In this document: positions 10,369-22,960 of the stretch, one piece after another
Layout: every line of letters starts with the position of its first letter
Numbering within the stretch: the stretch's first letter is position 1
Origin: Monocercomonoides exilis PA203
Lineage: Eukaryota; Protista; Preaxostyla
DNA length: 64,000 bases
Assembly: GCA_001643675.2 (NCBI GenBank)
Contig: LSRY02000003.1
Coordinates: 1,488,001-1,552,000, forward strand
Direction of reading: 5' to 3'
Translations under genes and position numbers: made by a program
The notes under the pieces: generated by a model
What the model was told of the DNA's origin: nothing
The model's input: the letters and a program-made list of their open reading frames with translations, nothing else
The model's database searches: none

Positions 10369-11719
10369 TTTCAAACTGTGATGCAATTTGATTGGAATGA
10401 ATATGAATGAAGCCTTAATTGGTGGAGAGGGGAGAAATGCAATGTGAAGAGAAAATAGAAGAGGAAATCTTGTGAGTCATTGCTTATAATCTGAAATATC
10501 TGCTTTTGTGAATATGAGTATCAATTTATTTCTTGTTTGCATTCGTTTCTCTCGTGTGCACTCAATTTTTTATTCGGAAATTAAATAGATTTTTTTTGAA
10601 ACAATTATTTTTCATCTGAAGAATTCATATTGATGAATAATTTGATGATTTATTTTCATGAAAGATGTAATTTCGATATTGCAGATAATGCCCCAACAAT
10701 CTCCTCTATTAACTTGAGAAATGGTTGAAATGTATGTATTTGGAAATGGGGAAATCTGAAAAAAATATTGGCATCTCAAATAAATACATACTGTTTGGAA
10801 TTACAACCAATGACTGACAAACAACAGTCGGCGATTTAAAAAAATATATATTTTTTAATCAAAAAACTATAATCCACCGAAACATTTTTTCTTCTTTTTT
10901 TGAAATCCACAAATTTGATAATTAATCTGTGAAATACAAAATTCAACTTTGTTGTTAATGAATACCAAAAAAGGAAAACAAGTGTGTGAGAAAAAAATAA
11001 CATTTATAATGGATAATGAATAAACGAACAACGAAATGCATTTGTGGTGCTTCAAATATCTGAGGAGCTTTCGAAACAGTTGAGACTATTATCATACATA
11101 TTATTATTCAAAAGTTATTTTCTCAAAAAATCTTATCAGAATTTCTTTGATGAATAAATCTTCTGAGAAAATCAGTTTTATTTTGGTTGAATGTCAGAAA
11201 CGGAGTTTGATTTCATGCATTGATAATACTCGTGAAATTGATGAAAATTTTGAGTTTCTTCTTCAATTTTTTAAAAAACAAACCTGAGAACAATATTTCT
11301 TTCAATAAACATTCACTTTTTCATCCCAAATGAAATTCTGGAATGAATGAGATAATTGGAGATAATTGGAGATTATTTTTGAAATCATAACTTTTTTCGG
11401 TGAGAGTATTTATTTTTTCAATAATTGTTCTTTATATTAACAATTCAATAACTGTTTTTGCACCATTTATTAAATAAAATTGTTGAACTTATCTTTCTAA
11501 ATTATTCAAATTCAGTATTTTTTTCACAAAAATTACTTTGAGATGAATTGGTTTTTGGCTGAGTGACAAAAAGTGATGAAGAATTAATATTCAGTCAACA
11601 TTTGAAAAAAGGATGAGAAATTGAACCTCGATTTTTATTGTTTGTGAATGAACATAAAAAATTTCTGATTTTTCGGAAAAAATTCATCTTCATGAAAATC
11701 AGATAATTTTCAAATGAAT

Positions 11720-11930
11720 ATTCCTCACATCGTTAAATTGTGCACAATACTATCAAGAAAAGATATTGATATTTAAATATATTCTATTAATCAATTAATA
11801 ATACATAAAGAATTCCGTATGTGCATTGATAAATTTATTCAGTTATGAATATTTTATGTTTTCAGTATTTTGTATTGTTGCAAATTATTCATTTCGATTC
11901 ATAAATGTGTAATCGAACAATGTGATGTGA
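11720..11930. other. Non-palindromic spacer (loop) of P1, ~210 bp
   Basis: Arm pairing stops at 11719/11931. Gapless homologue at 62720-62931. Confidence 0.9.
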
Positions 11931-13281
11931 ATTCATTTGAAACTTATCTGATTTTCATGAAGATGAATTTTTTCCGAAAAATCAGAAATTTTTTATGTTC
12001 ATTCACAAACAATAAAAATCGAGGTTCAATTTCTCATCCTTTTTTCAAATGTTGACTGAATATTAATTCTTCATCACTTTTTGTCACTCAGCCAAAAACC
12101 AATTCATCTCAAAGTAATTTTTGTGAAAAAAATACTGAATTTGAATAATTTAGAAAGATAAGTTCAACAATTTTATTTAATAAATGGTGCAAAAACAGTT
12201 ATTGAATTGTTAATATAAAGAACAATTATTGAAAAAATAAATACTCTCACCGAAAAAAGTTATGATTTCAAAAATAATCTCCAATTATCTCCAATTATCT
12301 CATTCATTCCAGAATTTCATTTGGGATGAAAAAGTGAATGTTTATTGAAAGAAATATTGTTCTCAGGTTTGTTTTTTAAAAAATTGAAGAAGAAACTCAA
12401 AATTTTCATCAATTTCACGAGTATTATCAATGCATGAAATCAAACTCCGTTTCTGACATTCAACCAAAATAAAACTGATTTTCTCAGAAGATTTATTCAT
12501 CAAAGAAATTCTGATAAGATTTTTTGAGAAAATGACTTTTGAATAAAAATATGTGCGATAGCAGTCTCAACTGTTTCGAAAGCTCCTCAGATATTTGAAG
12601 CACCACAAATGCATTTCGTTGTTCGTTTATTCATTATCCATTATAAATGTTATTTTTTTCTCACACACTTGTTTTCCTTTTTTGGTATTCATTAACAACA
12701 AAGTTGAATTTTGTATTTCACAGATTAATTATCAAATTTGTGGATTTCAAAAAAAGAAGAAAAAATGTTTCGGTGGATTATAGTTTTTTGATTAAAAAAT
12801 ATATATTTTTTTAAATCGCCGACTGTTGTTTGTCAGTCATTGGTTGTAATTCCAAACAGTATGTATTTATTTGAGATGCCAATATTTTTTTCAGATTTCC
12901 CCATTTCCAAATACATACATTTCAACCATTTCTCAAGTTAATAGAGGAGATTGTTGGGGCATTATCTGCAATATCGAAATTACATCTTTCATGAAAATAA
13001 ATCATCAAATTATTCATCAATATGAATTCTTCAGATGAAAAATAATTGTTTCAAAAAAAATCTATTTAATTTCCGAATAAAAAATTGAGTGCACACGAGA
13101 GAAACGAATGCAAACAAGAAATAAATTGATACTCATATTCACAAAAGCAGATATTTCAGATTATAAGCAATGACTCACAAGATTTCCTCTTCTATTTTCT
13201 CTTCACATTGCATTTCTCCCCTCTCCACCAATTAAGGCTTCATTCATATTCATTCCAATCAAATTGCATCACAGTTTGAAA

Positions 13282-15361
13282 ATGATTAGGATCACAGTAT
13301 TAGCTCAGATACTCGCTGCACTCCTCACCATAAATCTCGTTCATGGAGAAGATATCGCAAACAGCATCATCAGAGGCGCTCACTCAGACAAGGTGGAACA
13401 TGCATCTGGCAATCACATCTGTGGTGCTCAAACAAGCCTCGCCCTCATCAACACCTCCTTGTGTGTGACCCATCTCAACATCATCCCTCTCAGTGGCTGT
13501 CCACTCCTCACTGCCCAACACCACTCCGCTGCCTCCATCTGCTCCTCCACTTGCACCATCCACCCACCTTCACTCACCAACAGCCACCACCACCACTGCC
13601 CCCTCTTCCTCTCTGCCCATGCCTCCCTCGCCCTCACAAACTTCTCCCTCACCACCCACCAACCTGCCATCCTCTCCTTCCCCCTCTTCTCCACCCCAAA
13701 CAATCTCCTCCCACATGCCCACTCCCCAATCCCTGCCTCCTTCTCCATCTCCCACTCCTCCTTCTCCTCTTTCGTCTCCCTCATCCAGCCCTTCCTTTTT
13801 TCTCCTTTTTCCCTCTCTTCCCCTTCCCCTTCTCCATCTCCTTCCCTTTCCCCTTCTCCTTCATCTTTCTCATCCTCATCCTCATCATCATTTTTTTTCT
13901 TCCCCTTCCCCTTCCCTTCCCTTCGATTTCCTCTTCCTCTTCCCCTTCCCTCTCCATATCCATCACCAATCCCATCCTCACCTCCAAATCCACCTCAATC
14001 TCCATCTCTCAAACACCCTCTTCTCCAACATCTCATCTCCCCAATCCCATCCATCTCTTCCATCCCTTCCCTCCCACTCACTCAATTCATTCATCTCAAC
14101 CACCTCAACCACTTCCATTTCCACCAATACTAACACCAATACAATTCCCTCATTCTCTCTTCACTCATCCCTCTTCATCCATTCAACCATCTTCAAACAC
14201 ACCCACAACCCCATCGATGGTGCCATCCTCCCCAACCTCAACAGCCCATCCACTTCTCTCTCTGCCTTCAACACCTCTTTCCTTCACCAAACACGATCTC
14301 CATCAAATGCTGCAAAGGTGTATATTGGAACTAAAACTGATAGAAAAACACCTGGAAGATTGACTTCTTTTGATGTGAACAGTCATCGCTTTGAATGGTG
14401 CGAATGGAATGATTCAAATGGTGGATCTTCATCTGGTGGTGCACTTCAAGTTGTTTGCACTAATGCAAATCTCACAATCACTTCTTGCTCGTATAGCAAA
14501 TGCTCAACAACAAATCATGGTGGAGCGTTATATTGCGATAGTTTGTTAAAAATTGATATCACAAAATCCAATTTCACAAGCTGTTCAGCTGCTCATGGAG
14601 GAGCAGTTCACACAAGGAATCCACAATCAAATTCTGTTTGGACATTCTCAGAAAACAGAGTGGAAAGTTGTAAAATAACAAATTGGTGTGGAACCGGCTG
14701 GTATTTCTTGCTCGATGACATGCCATCAAACGGAAAATTTTTGTTTACCAAATGCAAGTGCATTGCAAATTCTGGTGGTGATTCTGCTGGTTCTTTAACA
14801 TTTCGTTATCCTCCAAGCAACAAACCGAGTCAATTTTTGGTTAATGATTGCCAGTTTATCAAAAATGAATTGACTGCCTCTACTAATTATGGAGGCGCTG
14901 CCATTTACTGTTATGCAACATATAACTGGATGAGCGGAAATAAATTCATCACATTCTGTTTCTTCGATGGCAACACTGCAAAAAATGGCAGAGGAAATGA
15001 TGTATTTTTCAATGGAAGCAGCATCATTCAATCTCCGTTTGAGAATTGTGGCTCAACAACTCCAACACAAAGAGTGTGGAATAACAATACAGCTAATAGC
15101 GATGTGTTCAATAGCTGGCTCCCCCTCATTGCTCAGAACAAAATCGTTTCTAACAACGGAACCAATACAGATGCCTGTGGCAGACCCCAACAGACCCCAT
15201 TGATATTTGTTCCAACTCCACTCACATCCAGCGCAGTTGATATAAAAATAACAGGAAATGATAAACTTTTTCTAATTTCTTTATTATTCCTTCCATTTTC
15301 CAATTTTCACCATTTTCCATATCATGGAAAAATTCATAAGCTTTCATTGCTTTTCATTTGA
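13282..15361 (+). CDS. Right-arm copy of type A; frame broken by small indels in the Ser/Pro tract (~13890-13955), possibly assembly error
   Basis: ORFs 13264-14133 and 13493-15361 together reproduce the left-arm protein. Net -8 bp in low-complexity sequence. Confidence 0.75.
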
Positions 15362-15910
15362 GGAATATATCATCACTTGCTTTTAAAAACCCTTGACATC
15401 CACTCAAAAACTTATATCTCTTTAATGTTTCCTCTCCCATTTCATCTTCCGCGACTTGTTGAAGGCATGTGGCCTTGTGAAATCTCTCAAAAACCATCCC
15501 TGCAACTGTTTGTTCAAAAAATCTTTTCCCACTTTGTTCTTTCTGCTTCATGTTATTCTTTCAATCTCAAAATGAATTATGCAGAGGCAACCTTCATGGA
15601 TCGTGCACCCGATGATTGGCTTTTCTTGGTTTGACATTGAATCACTTCCGTTGACATATAATTTCAGCTGATATTCTGCGATAGAATAAATAATCCTTTT
15701 GTGCTTCCGAAAAGAAAATGAAAGATGACGCTTGGCCCTGGATTTAACAGGAGTTGAATGAAATGGAAATGACAATTTTTTGTTGTTCGTTGAAGAAGGT
15801 TGATGAAAAAGAAGACGATTTTAATGAAATGAAATCAATTCGTTCAAATTACCTTTTTTCATCATCAAAATTGTGAATGAAAAATGAAGACTAGTTCAGT
15901 GATTGATTGT
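15362..15910 (+). repeat. Dispersed downstream module that follows most family copies
   Basis: Shared motifs (CCTTTTGTGCTTCCGAAAAGAAAAT, TTTCAGCTTCCAAAT, TTGAATGAAATGGAAAT) recur at ~2900-3600, 5400-5950, 7730-8280, 17715-18400, 28550-29300, 30720-31330, 42890-43500, 44915-45670, 53180-53900 and 58440-59290. Confidence 0.8.
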
Positions 15911-16423
15911 TGAGACAAAGAAATGCAAGTGAAATAATTATTAGTTCAATTTTGCGTCTCTGTTGATTGGAGCGTATGAATGCAACAGATAGGTGATATT
16001 CCGATTCAACTCCAAGTGAGTGAAGATGGCATTGAAAAAGTTGGAGGAGTTGAAGAAGAAGAAGATGATGATGATGAAAATGAAGAAGCACATGAAAATG
16101 AAGGAGATGGAGAAGGAAAGAGAAGAGAAAGACATGAAAATTAATCTGTGGTTTCTCTTTGTCATAAGGAAATTGCAGATAATATTATTGTACACACTGA
16201 CTTGAGAATGAAGATAAAAAAGATAACATAGATGATAATGAAAGTGAAGGAGGAGAAGAAGAAAAAAGACGGAGAAGAAGGAGAAGAAGGAGAAGATGAA
16301 GGAGAAGAAGGAGAAGAAGAAGGTGAAGAAGGAATAAACGATGATGACGAACAAATAGGAAAAGTTGATTGAAGGTCGAAATTTGCTGAGGAGAATAATA
16401 ACAAATAAAAACAGAGAGTTTCG

Positions 16424-17710
16424 ATGAAATTTCTATTTTTTTCTCCTCTTTTATTTTTGCGTGTTCTTCTGACAAACAAAATCCTCCAAATATTTTTCGC
16501 ATTCATCTCAATCATCTTCAAACACATCCACAACCCCATCGATGGAACCATTCTCCCTTCCATCAACAGCCCATTCACTTCTCTCTCTGCCTTCAACGCC
16601 TCTTTTCTCCACCAAACACGATCTTCATCAAATGATCTTGTAAAATATAACGGATCCGAAACCCAAAGAGCGAAACCTGGTAGATTGTCCTTTACTGATT
16701 TGAATAGCTACCTCTTTGAGTGGTGCGAATGGAATGATTCATACAGCGGAAATGATCAAGGAGGTGCTCTGAAAGTCAATTGCACAAACGCAAATTTATC
16801 GATCACTTCGTGTTCATTTTTCAATTGTTCAACAAACGGATACAGTGGTGGAGCGTTATATTGCTTATATCTGTTGAATGTTAACATCACAAAATCCAAT
16901 TTCACAAGTTGTTCAGCTGCTCATGGAGGAGCTGCTTACGTTGGCTGGCCACAATCAAATTCTGTTTATTCATTCTCAGAAAACAGAGTGGAAAGTTGTT
17001 CAATAACAGATTGGTGCGGAACTGGTTGGTATTTTGGACTAAATAATAATCAGTTAAATTTTCAATTCCTGTTTTCTAAATGCAAGTGCATTTCAAACTC
17101 AGGTGGTGATGCTGCGGGATCATTAACATTCAGTTGGCCACCAGGAAACAAACCAAGTCAGTTTTCAATCAATGAGTGCCAATTTGTAAATAATGAATTG
17201 ACGTCAACTTCATCTACACGCGGCGGAGCTGGTATTTATTTGGATGCAACCTTCACTTGGATGAATGGAGTAAATTTCATCACATTCTGCTTCTTCGATG
17301 GCAACACTGCGACGAATGGCAGGGGCAATGATGTGTTTTTCAATGGCAGCAGCATCACCCAATCCCCATTCAATCAGTGCGGGTCAACAACAGAATCAAA
17401 TAGAGTGTGGAATGCAGGAGAAGCAGATAATGTTGAGTTCAACAGATGGCTCCCTCTCATAACAACATTCAAAATCGTGTCAAATAATGGAACAAACACC
17501 GATCTCTGCGGAATCACACAACTCAGTCCATGCAAAACAATTGAATTCGCTCTTGTTCGCATGACAGATGCCCAAGATGCCTCTCTCACCCTCCTCGCCT
17601 CAACATTTGTTCCTTCTCAAACACTCACTTTCAGCGCTGTTGACACTATAATCACTGGAAATGATGAACTTTCTCATAATTTCCTCAATTATTTCTTCTT
17701 CAAATTTTGA
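16424..17710 (+). CDS. Right-arm copy of cassette type B (428 aa)
   Basis: Same protein as 3605-4891 except TESK->TESN. Four synonymous SNPs at 17323-17341. Confidence 0.75.
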   Translation: MKFLFFSPLLFLRVLLTNKILQIFFAFISIIFKHIHNPIDGTILPSINSPFTSLSAFNASFLHQTRSSSNDLVKYNGSETQRAKPGRLSFTDLNSYLFEWCEWNDSYSGNDQGGALKVNCTNANLSITSCSFFNCSTNGYSGGALYCLYLLNVNITKSNFTSCSAAHGGAAYVGWPQSNSVYSFSENRVESCSITDWCGTGWYFGLNNNQLNFQFLFSKCKCISNSGGDAAGSLTFSWPPGNKPSQFSINECQFVNNELTSTSSTRGGAGIYLDATFTWMNGVNFITFCFFDGNTATNGRGNDVFFNGSSITQSPFNQCGSTTESNRVWNAGEADNVEFNRWLPLITTFKIVSNNGTNTDLCGITQLSPCKTIEFALVRMTDAQDASLTLLASTFVPSQTLTFSAVDTIITGNDELSHNFLNYFFFKF

Positions 17711-17714
17711 TTCA

Positions 17715-20700
17715 TTTTCCATGTCATTGAAAAATTCAGACGCTTTCATCTTCTTTTCAACTGAAGAACATATCACTTAATTTTACCAAAATACTTAACG
17801 TCAGCTCAAATATAAATATTTCTTCGATATTTCCTCTTCTAATTTCTCCTTTTCATCAAATGCAAATTCCGCTTGTTGCTTTTAGGAATCATCTATTTCA
17901 TCTCTTCAAAATGCATTTCTTCAAGCATATCAACAAGCTCTTCAAAACTTTCAATTTCTTTTTCCATTCCCATTTCTCCTTTTTTGAGCGCTGCAGACGC
18001 ACTTATTTCATAGAATTATCCTTCGATCATTTGTTTTCTAATAAATTATGTTCTCCTCATTTAATCATCCTCTCGTTCCATTGAAGGCAAATGACGTTGT
18101 GAAATTTGTCGAAGGTCATCCTCATAATCATTCGCCCCAAACATCCTATCCTGTCCTGTTCTTTATGTTTTCGGTGAATTCTTTCAGCTTCCAAATGAAA
18201 AAAGTCAGAGGCAATCTCTATTTTTTGTTGCATGCCTGATGTTCGGCTATTCCGGATCAATATTACCCATTTCATCTCCGTGTTAGGTCTGGCTGAAATT
18301 CTATGTCAGAATGAACATTTCTTTTGCGTTTCCTATTTGAGCAGGTTTTAATGCTTCTTGATAAATTCAATGGGAAGTTGAATGAAATGGAAATAGGAAT
18401 ATTTTAAATTCGTTCATCGAAGAAAGAGTTGAAGAAGAAAAGGAGGATCACAATTGTTGAAATGAAGATAGATGCTGTGTGAATGCGCGAACGAATGAGG
18501 AAGAGCGAAGTCAAAGAAGAAGAAGAAGAAGAAGCAAAATTTGACTGAAGAAGATTTTGTGTGTTTTTGGCTATGCGGTTCATAACAGGCGTGCTTGTCG
18601 CTGAATAAGCAAGTGAATTGTGAGAAGGCGAATTTTGTGTTTGCAAACCGAGAAATGAGGAAAATGGTCGATTGAATGAAAGGGGATTATCTGAAGAAGA
18701 AGATGATGAAAAAGAAGGAAATGATGTGGAAGAAGAAGAAATTATTGAGAAATGTGCAATCAGTCAACTAACATTTCTGAAGAAGATGACGAGGACTCTT
18801 TGTGTGATGTTGTTGATTGGCCAAAACGTCTCGCTTGATGTATGAACCTCAGTTTGGTTAGAAAAACATAATCACCAAATATATGACGAACAGATTGTGG
18901 TAATCAATCTTGCTGTATTTTTCCAAAGGCAATTGAATTTCATTTTGCGATTTCCCTTCCTTTCCCCTCAGAAACAAAAAATGATAATATCACTCAATTT
19001 ATTTTCCTTTCCATTCCCCTCTTCCATTCAGCTCACAAAATCATCAGAAAATATCAATCCCCTCCTTTTCTTCAGAATTCTCAGTCTCTTCCATAAAATC
19101 TTTTCTTCTAAAAAAACACCCTTTTCCATTTGAACACTTCAGAATATTCTTCTTCTTGCACACTTTTGCCCTCTTTTCTTTCTTTTCAAAATCCATTTCT
19201 CCAATTTGCCTCAAATATCTTCCTCACCATCCTCAGCCACTTCCCTACATATTTACTATATAATCTTCTCAAAATCTCCACCCACTCTTCCCCACCCCTT
19301 TGTCTCCAAATTTTGTTTATTCAAAAATCCCTCTTGAAATATAAACATTCAAAAAAACACCCAACTTCTACTCCCTGCCACAAAAAATATTCTTCCATCA
19401 CTTGTATGCGCCATATCCCTCATGTGCAAGGTGTTGATGAGATAAACCTCAAACACTTCTTTTGGTGGTTGAGAATATTATTAAAGGAGATGATCATGGA
19501 CGAAAAGAAAAAACGCCTCTGGACATCCATCACAATGTGTACGGGCTGAAAAGACCCTTCAGCGAGATACACGATGTATTTTGTGAAGATGCATTCCATG
19601 CTGTATTCAACCATTCTGAGACTGAAATGAAGAGATTGAATTTTTGAATGATGATGGCTGTGGAAATGAGTGTGTTTGGCAAAAAACAGTCTAAGCGCAG
19701 TTTGTTCTTTATTTATTTTATTTATATGAATATTTATCTGTTGAATGTTTTTTGTGTTGTTTTCAGGGGAGGAGGTGGAAATGAATGAAAATGAATGAAA
19801 GCGGGATGTCGCGTTGTGTAGGGTGGCTATCGAGCTGAGCCAGAAAATTCATATGGAAAGTGCCCAGGGTGAAGGGATTGGGAAGGGAATTGGAGATGAT
19901 ATTTTTTGACAAAAAACAGGACATTTTTCAATAATGAGGGTGGAATTTGAGCAGAATGCATAAATCTCACATTTTTCAGAAGGACCAGAAATCGATGCAT
20001 TTGATGGAGAAACAACTGATGGAAAGGATGATTTGCGAATCAGAGATGAAACACTTGAAAAAGGAAGAAATAATGAAATTGTATTGAAGAAAACAGGTGC
20101 CAATGGGATAAAATATAGACATTGGCTTAAAAATATGTTTAGAAGGTTTGCTGTCGTTATTTATTTTGAAGCGATTATTAATTTTTTTATTCAGGGTGCT
20201 GAAAGAGAGAAGGATTAGATGGCTTTGAAGAAGAAGAAGAAAAGTTTTGAAGGAAAAATTAGACAGACAGATGAAATGCGAGATATTACGAAGATGCCTG
20301 GTGTTGGGCTTTGACAAAGAATTATTTTTGAAGAAAGAAGATTTTTTGTGAAAGAAGGGAAGCGAAAAAGGAAGAGACGGAATGAAAAAGGGATTTACAT
20401 AGGTTTCCAATTTTTTGTTGGCGAGGGGGGATGATAGAGCTGAATGTTTGATGGATTTGGAGGATCTTATTTGGCAGAAAAAGATATATAAATAAAGAAG
20501 ATGTTATCAAGAAAAGGTAATTTCTGGTGAACTTCTCCGTTGTTGATTGATACGTTTCTCTTCACAATTCTCGACCTTCAGTCATCACATTCAATTCGCT
20601 TCTTCTTCTTCTTCAAATTCATCGACATCATATCACACAAATCCATCCCTATCCCCATCATACTCCTCCTCATCCTCCTCATCATCATTGCTTCAACTGA

Positions 20701-21200
20701 TTGGATCACTTTGCATTCATCATCGGAATCGGGGATAAAGAGGAAAATGAAGAAAAAGAGGATTTGTTAAGAAATAAAGCAGAAGCAAAAATTAGAAAGA
20801 GAAAAAATGGAAAAGAAAGAAAAGAGGGAAGACTGATGAGCAAAGTGAAAGAAAACGAAGATCTCGATTTTATTGAATATTATGAAAGGAAATGTGGTCT
20901 TGAGGATTGAAGAGATTTTTTGAATGAAAGGAAAGAAATGGATTGGGAGAAGCAAATGAAGAAGAAGCAAATGAAGAAGAAGCAAATGATGAAGAAGAAG
21001 AGGATGATGAAGAAGAAGAAGAGGATGATGAAGAAGAAGAACGCAAAGAAGAGGAGGAAGAAGAGAATAGAGAGAAAATGAATGAAGATGGAAAGAAAAT
21101 TATTGAGGAAGGTGCAGGACAAAAGCAGAAAGAAGAAACAATGAGGTGGATTTGTGAGAACCAGGAGAGGGAAGTGGAAGATGCCAGCTACACCTCATGA
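17715..21200 (+). pseudogene. Degenerate gene/repeat of unknown function with a probable GT-AG intron at ~19700-19766
   Basis: A T-rich segment GTTTGT...TTTTCAG separates protein-like frames. The acceptor is conserved in the paralogue at ~57260. Many stops. Confidence 0.4.
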
Positions 21201-22273
21201 AAGGAGGATTCTGATGAAGCAGAATAGAAGAAGAGGAATTGGAAGAGAAAGAGAAAGAAGAAGAAGGAAAATTGCAGGTGGAATTTCATTGAAGGAATAA
21301 AGGGGAAAAGCGATGAAAGGGAGCAAAGTGTAACAGTCTCGTTTGCAGAAGTTTTAGCATTCCAGACTCTTTTTGTTGGGGTTGTTGAACCACAATTCTC
21401 GAATGGGGATTGGGTGATTGCATTGCCACTGAAAAATACATCATTCCCTCTGCCATTTGTGGCAGTGTTGCCATCGAAGAAACAGAATGCGATGAATTTA
21501 TTTCCGCTCATCCAGGAATAAGTTGCTGTGCAACACAGCGCAGCACCTCCCCATGAAGTTGATGAACTTGTCAATTCATTATTTACAAACTGACAATCGT
21601 TGTTCGAAAATTGATTTGGCTTGTTGGTTGGAGGCGAATGAAATGTTAAAGAGCCAGCAGCATTTCCACCAGAATTTGAAATGCATTTGCAGTTTGAAAA
21701 CAGAAACTGGCAGGCTGAGGCCATGTTATCGAGAGTAAAATACCAAGCAGTTCCACACAAGTTTGTTATTTTACAGTTTTCCGCTCTATTTTCTGCGAAC
21801 ATCCAAATTGAATTTGACTGTGGGTATCTGATGCAAGCAGCTCCTCCGTGTTCAGACGAGCAACTTGTAATATTGGATTTTGTGATGTTGACATTTAACA
21901 GATACCTGCAGTATATCGCACCGCCATCACATCCACTTCCTGAGCAACTGCAATTATTGAATGAACAAGAAGTGATTGTGAGATTGGCATTCGTGCAAGA
22001 AACAGAAAGCGCGCCACCATAACTTGATCCACCAGTTGAATCATTCCATTCGCACCATTCAAAGCGATGACTGTTCAGATCAAAAGAAGTCAACCTCCCA
22101 GGTTTCAATTTTTGAGATTCATTTCCTTCATATACAACAGCAGCATTTGATGAAGAGCGTGTTTGGTGAAGAAAAGAGGTGTTGAAGGCAGAGAGGGAAG
22201 TAGAAGGGCTGTTGAGATTGGGGAGGATAGCGCCATCGATGGGGTTGTGGGTGTGTTTGAAGATGGTTGAATT
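21188..22273 (-). pseudogene. 5'- and 3'-truncated family cassette type C (no in-frame upstream ATG)
   Basis: Frame open from NSTIFKHTHNPIDG (22273) after an upstream TGA. Family similarity ends at RVWNAKT (~21350). Confidence 0.75.
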
Positions 22274-22960
22274 GGAGGATTTTATTTGTCAGAAGAACGC
22301 AAAAAGAAAAGAAGAAGAAAGAAATAGAGATTTCAACGAGACTCCCTGTTTTTTTATTTGTTATAATCTGCCTTCACAATTCTCTGCCTTCAATGATCTC
22401 ATTAATTAATTTCTCTTCTTCCTCTTCTTCAAACACATCAACAGCATATAACACAACAATTTCCTCAACATATTCTTCATCTGTCTTGAATTCTCCATCA
22501 ATTGCATCAGCATGAGAGGAAAAGAGAGAAAAGAAGAAACGAAGAAATTATACAGCCGAAGGAAAAAAATTACAAATTAAAATTGGAAGGACATAGATTG
22601 GAAAATGAAGGCAGGCAAGAAAACTCACACAAAGCCAGAGAAGATATTTATCGTCTGGAGTTAGAGCGAAATTGACTTCATCTTTTGAGGAAGGCATATC
22701 AATCATTTTGTGGAATCTTTCTGAAGCCTCATGGCTTCTGTGGGATTTTTGCCTTAATCCAACGGAATGAGCAGATGAAAGCAACTGCAGCTTTTTCCAT
22801 TTCTGAATTGATCTTTTCACATATTCCTCATCTAATTCATCTGATGCAAGACCAGAACGATTATTCATTCATCATCAGCATAACTTCTTCATCTTCTCAT
22901 TTCAACTCAACTTTTTAAGAAACCCTGTTCCATCTGTTTCCATCACTTGAGAACGGAGAG

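Larger units (their letters stand above)
1..21337. repeat. Giant palindrome P1: left arm 1-11719, spacer ~11720-11930, right arm 11931-21337 (left arm probably continues beyond the window)
   Basis: Mirror ORFs with constant coordinate sums (10867+12783=23650; 3605+17710=21315 after a 2326-bp left-arm duplication). Base 1 ACTGTTACACTTTGCTCC is the reverse complement of 21320-21337. Arms are near identical inward of ~960/20360. Confidence 0.97.

Noticed and set aside
11720-11930. Coding potential of the P1/P3 spacer (gapless, several third-position changes in one frame)
   Set aside because: That frame has stops in both copies and no recognisable protein.
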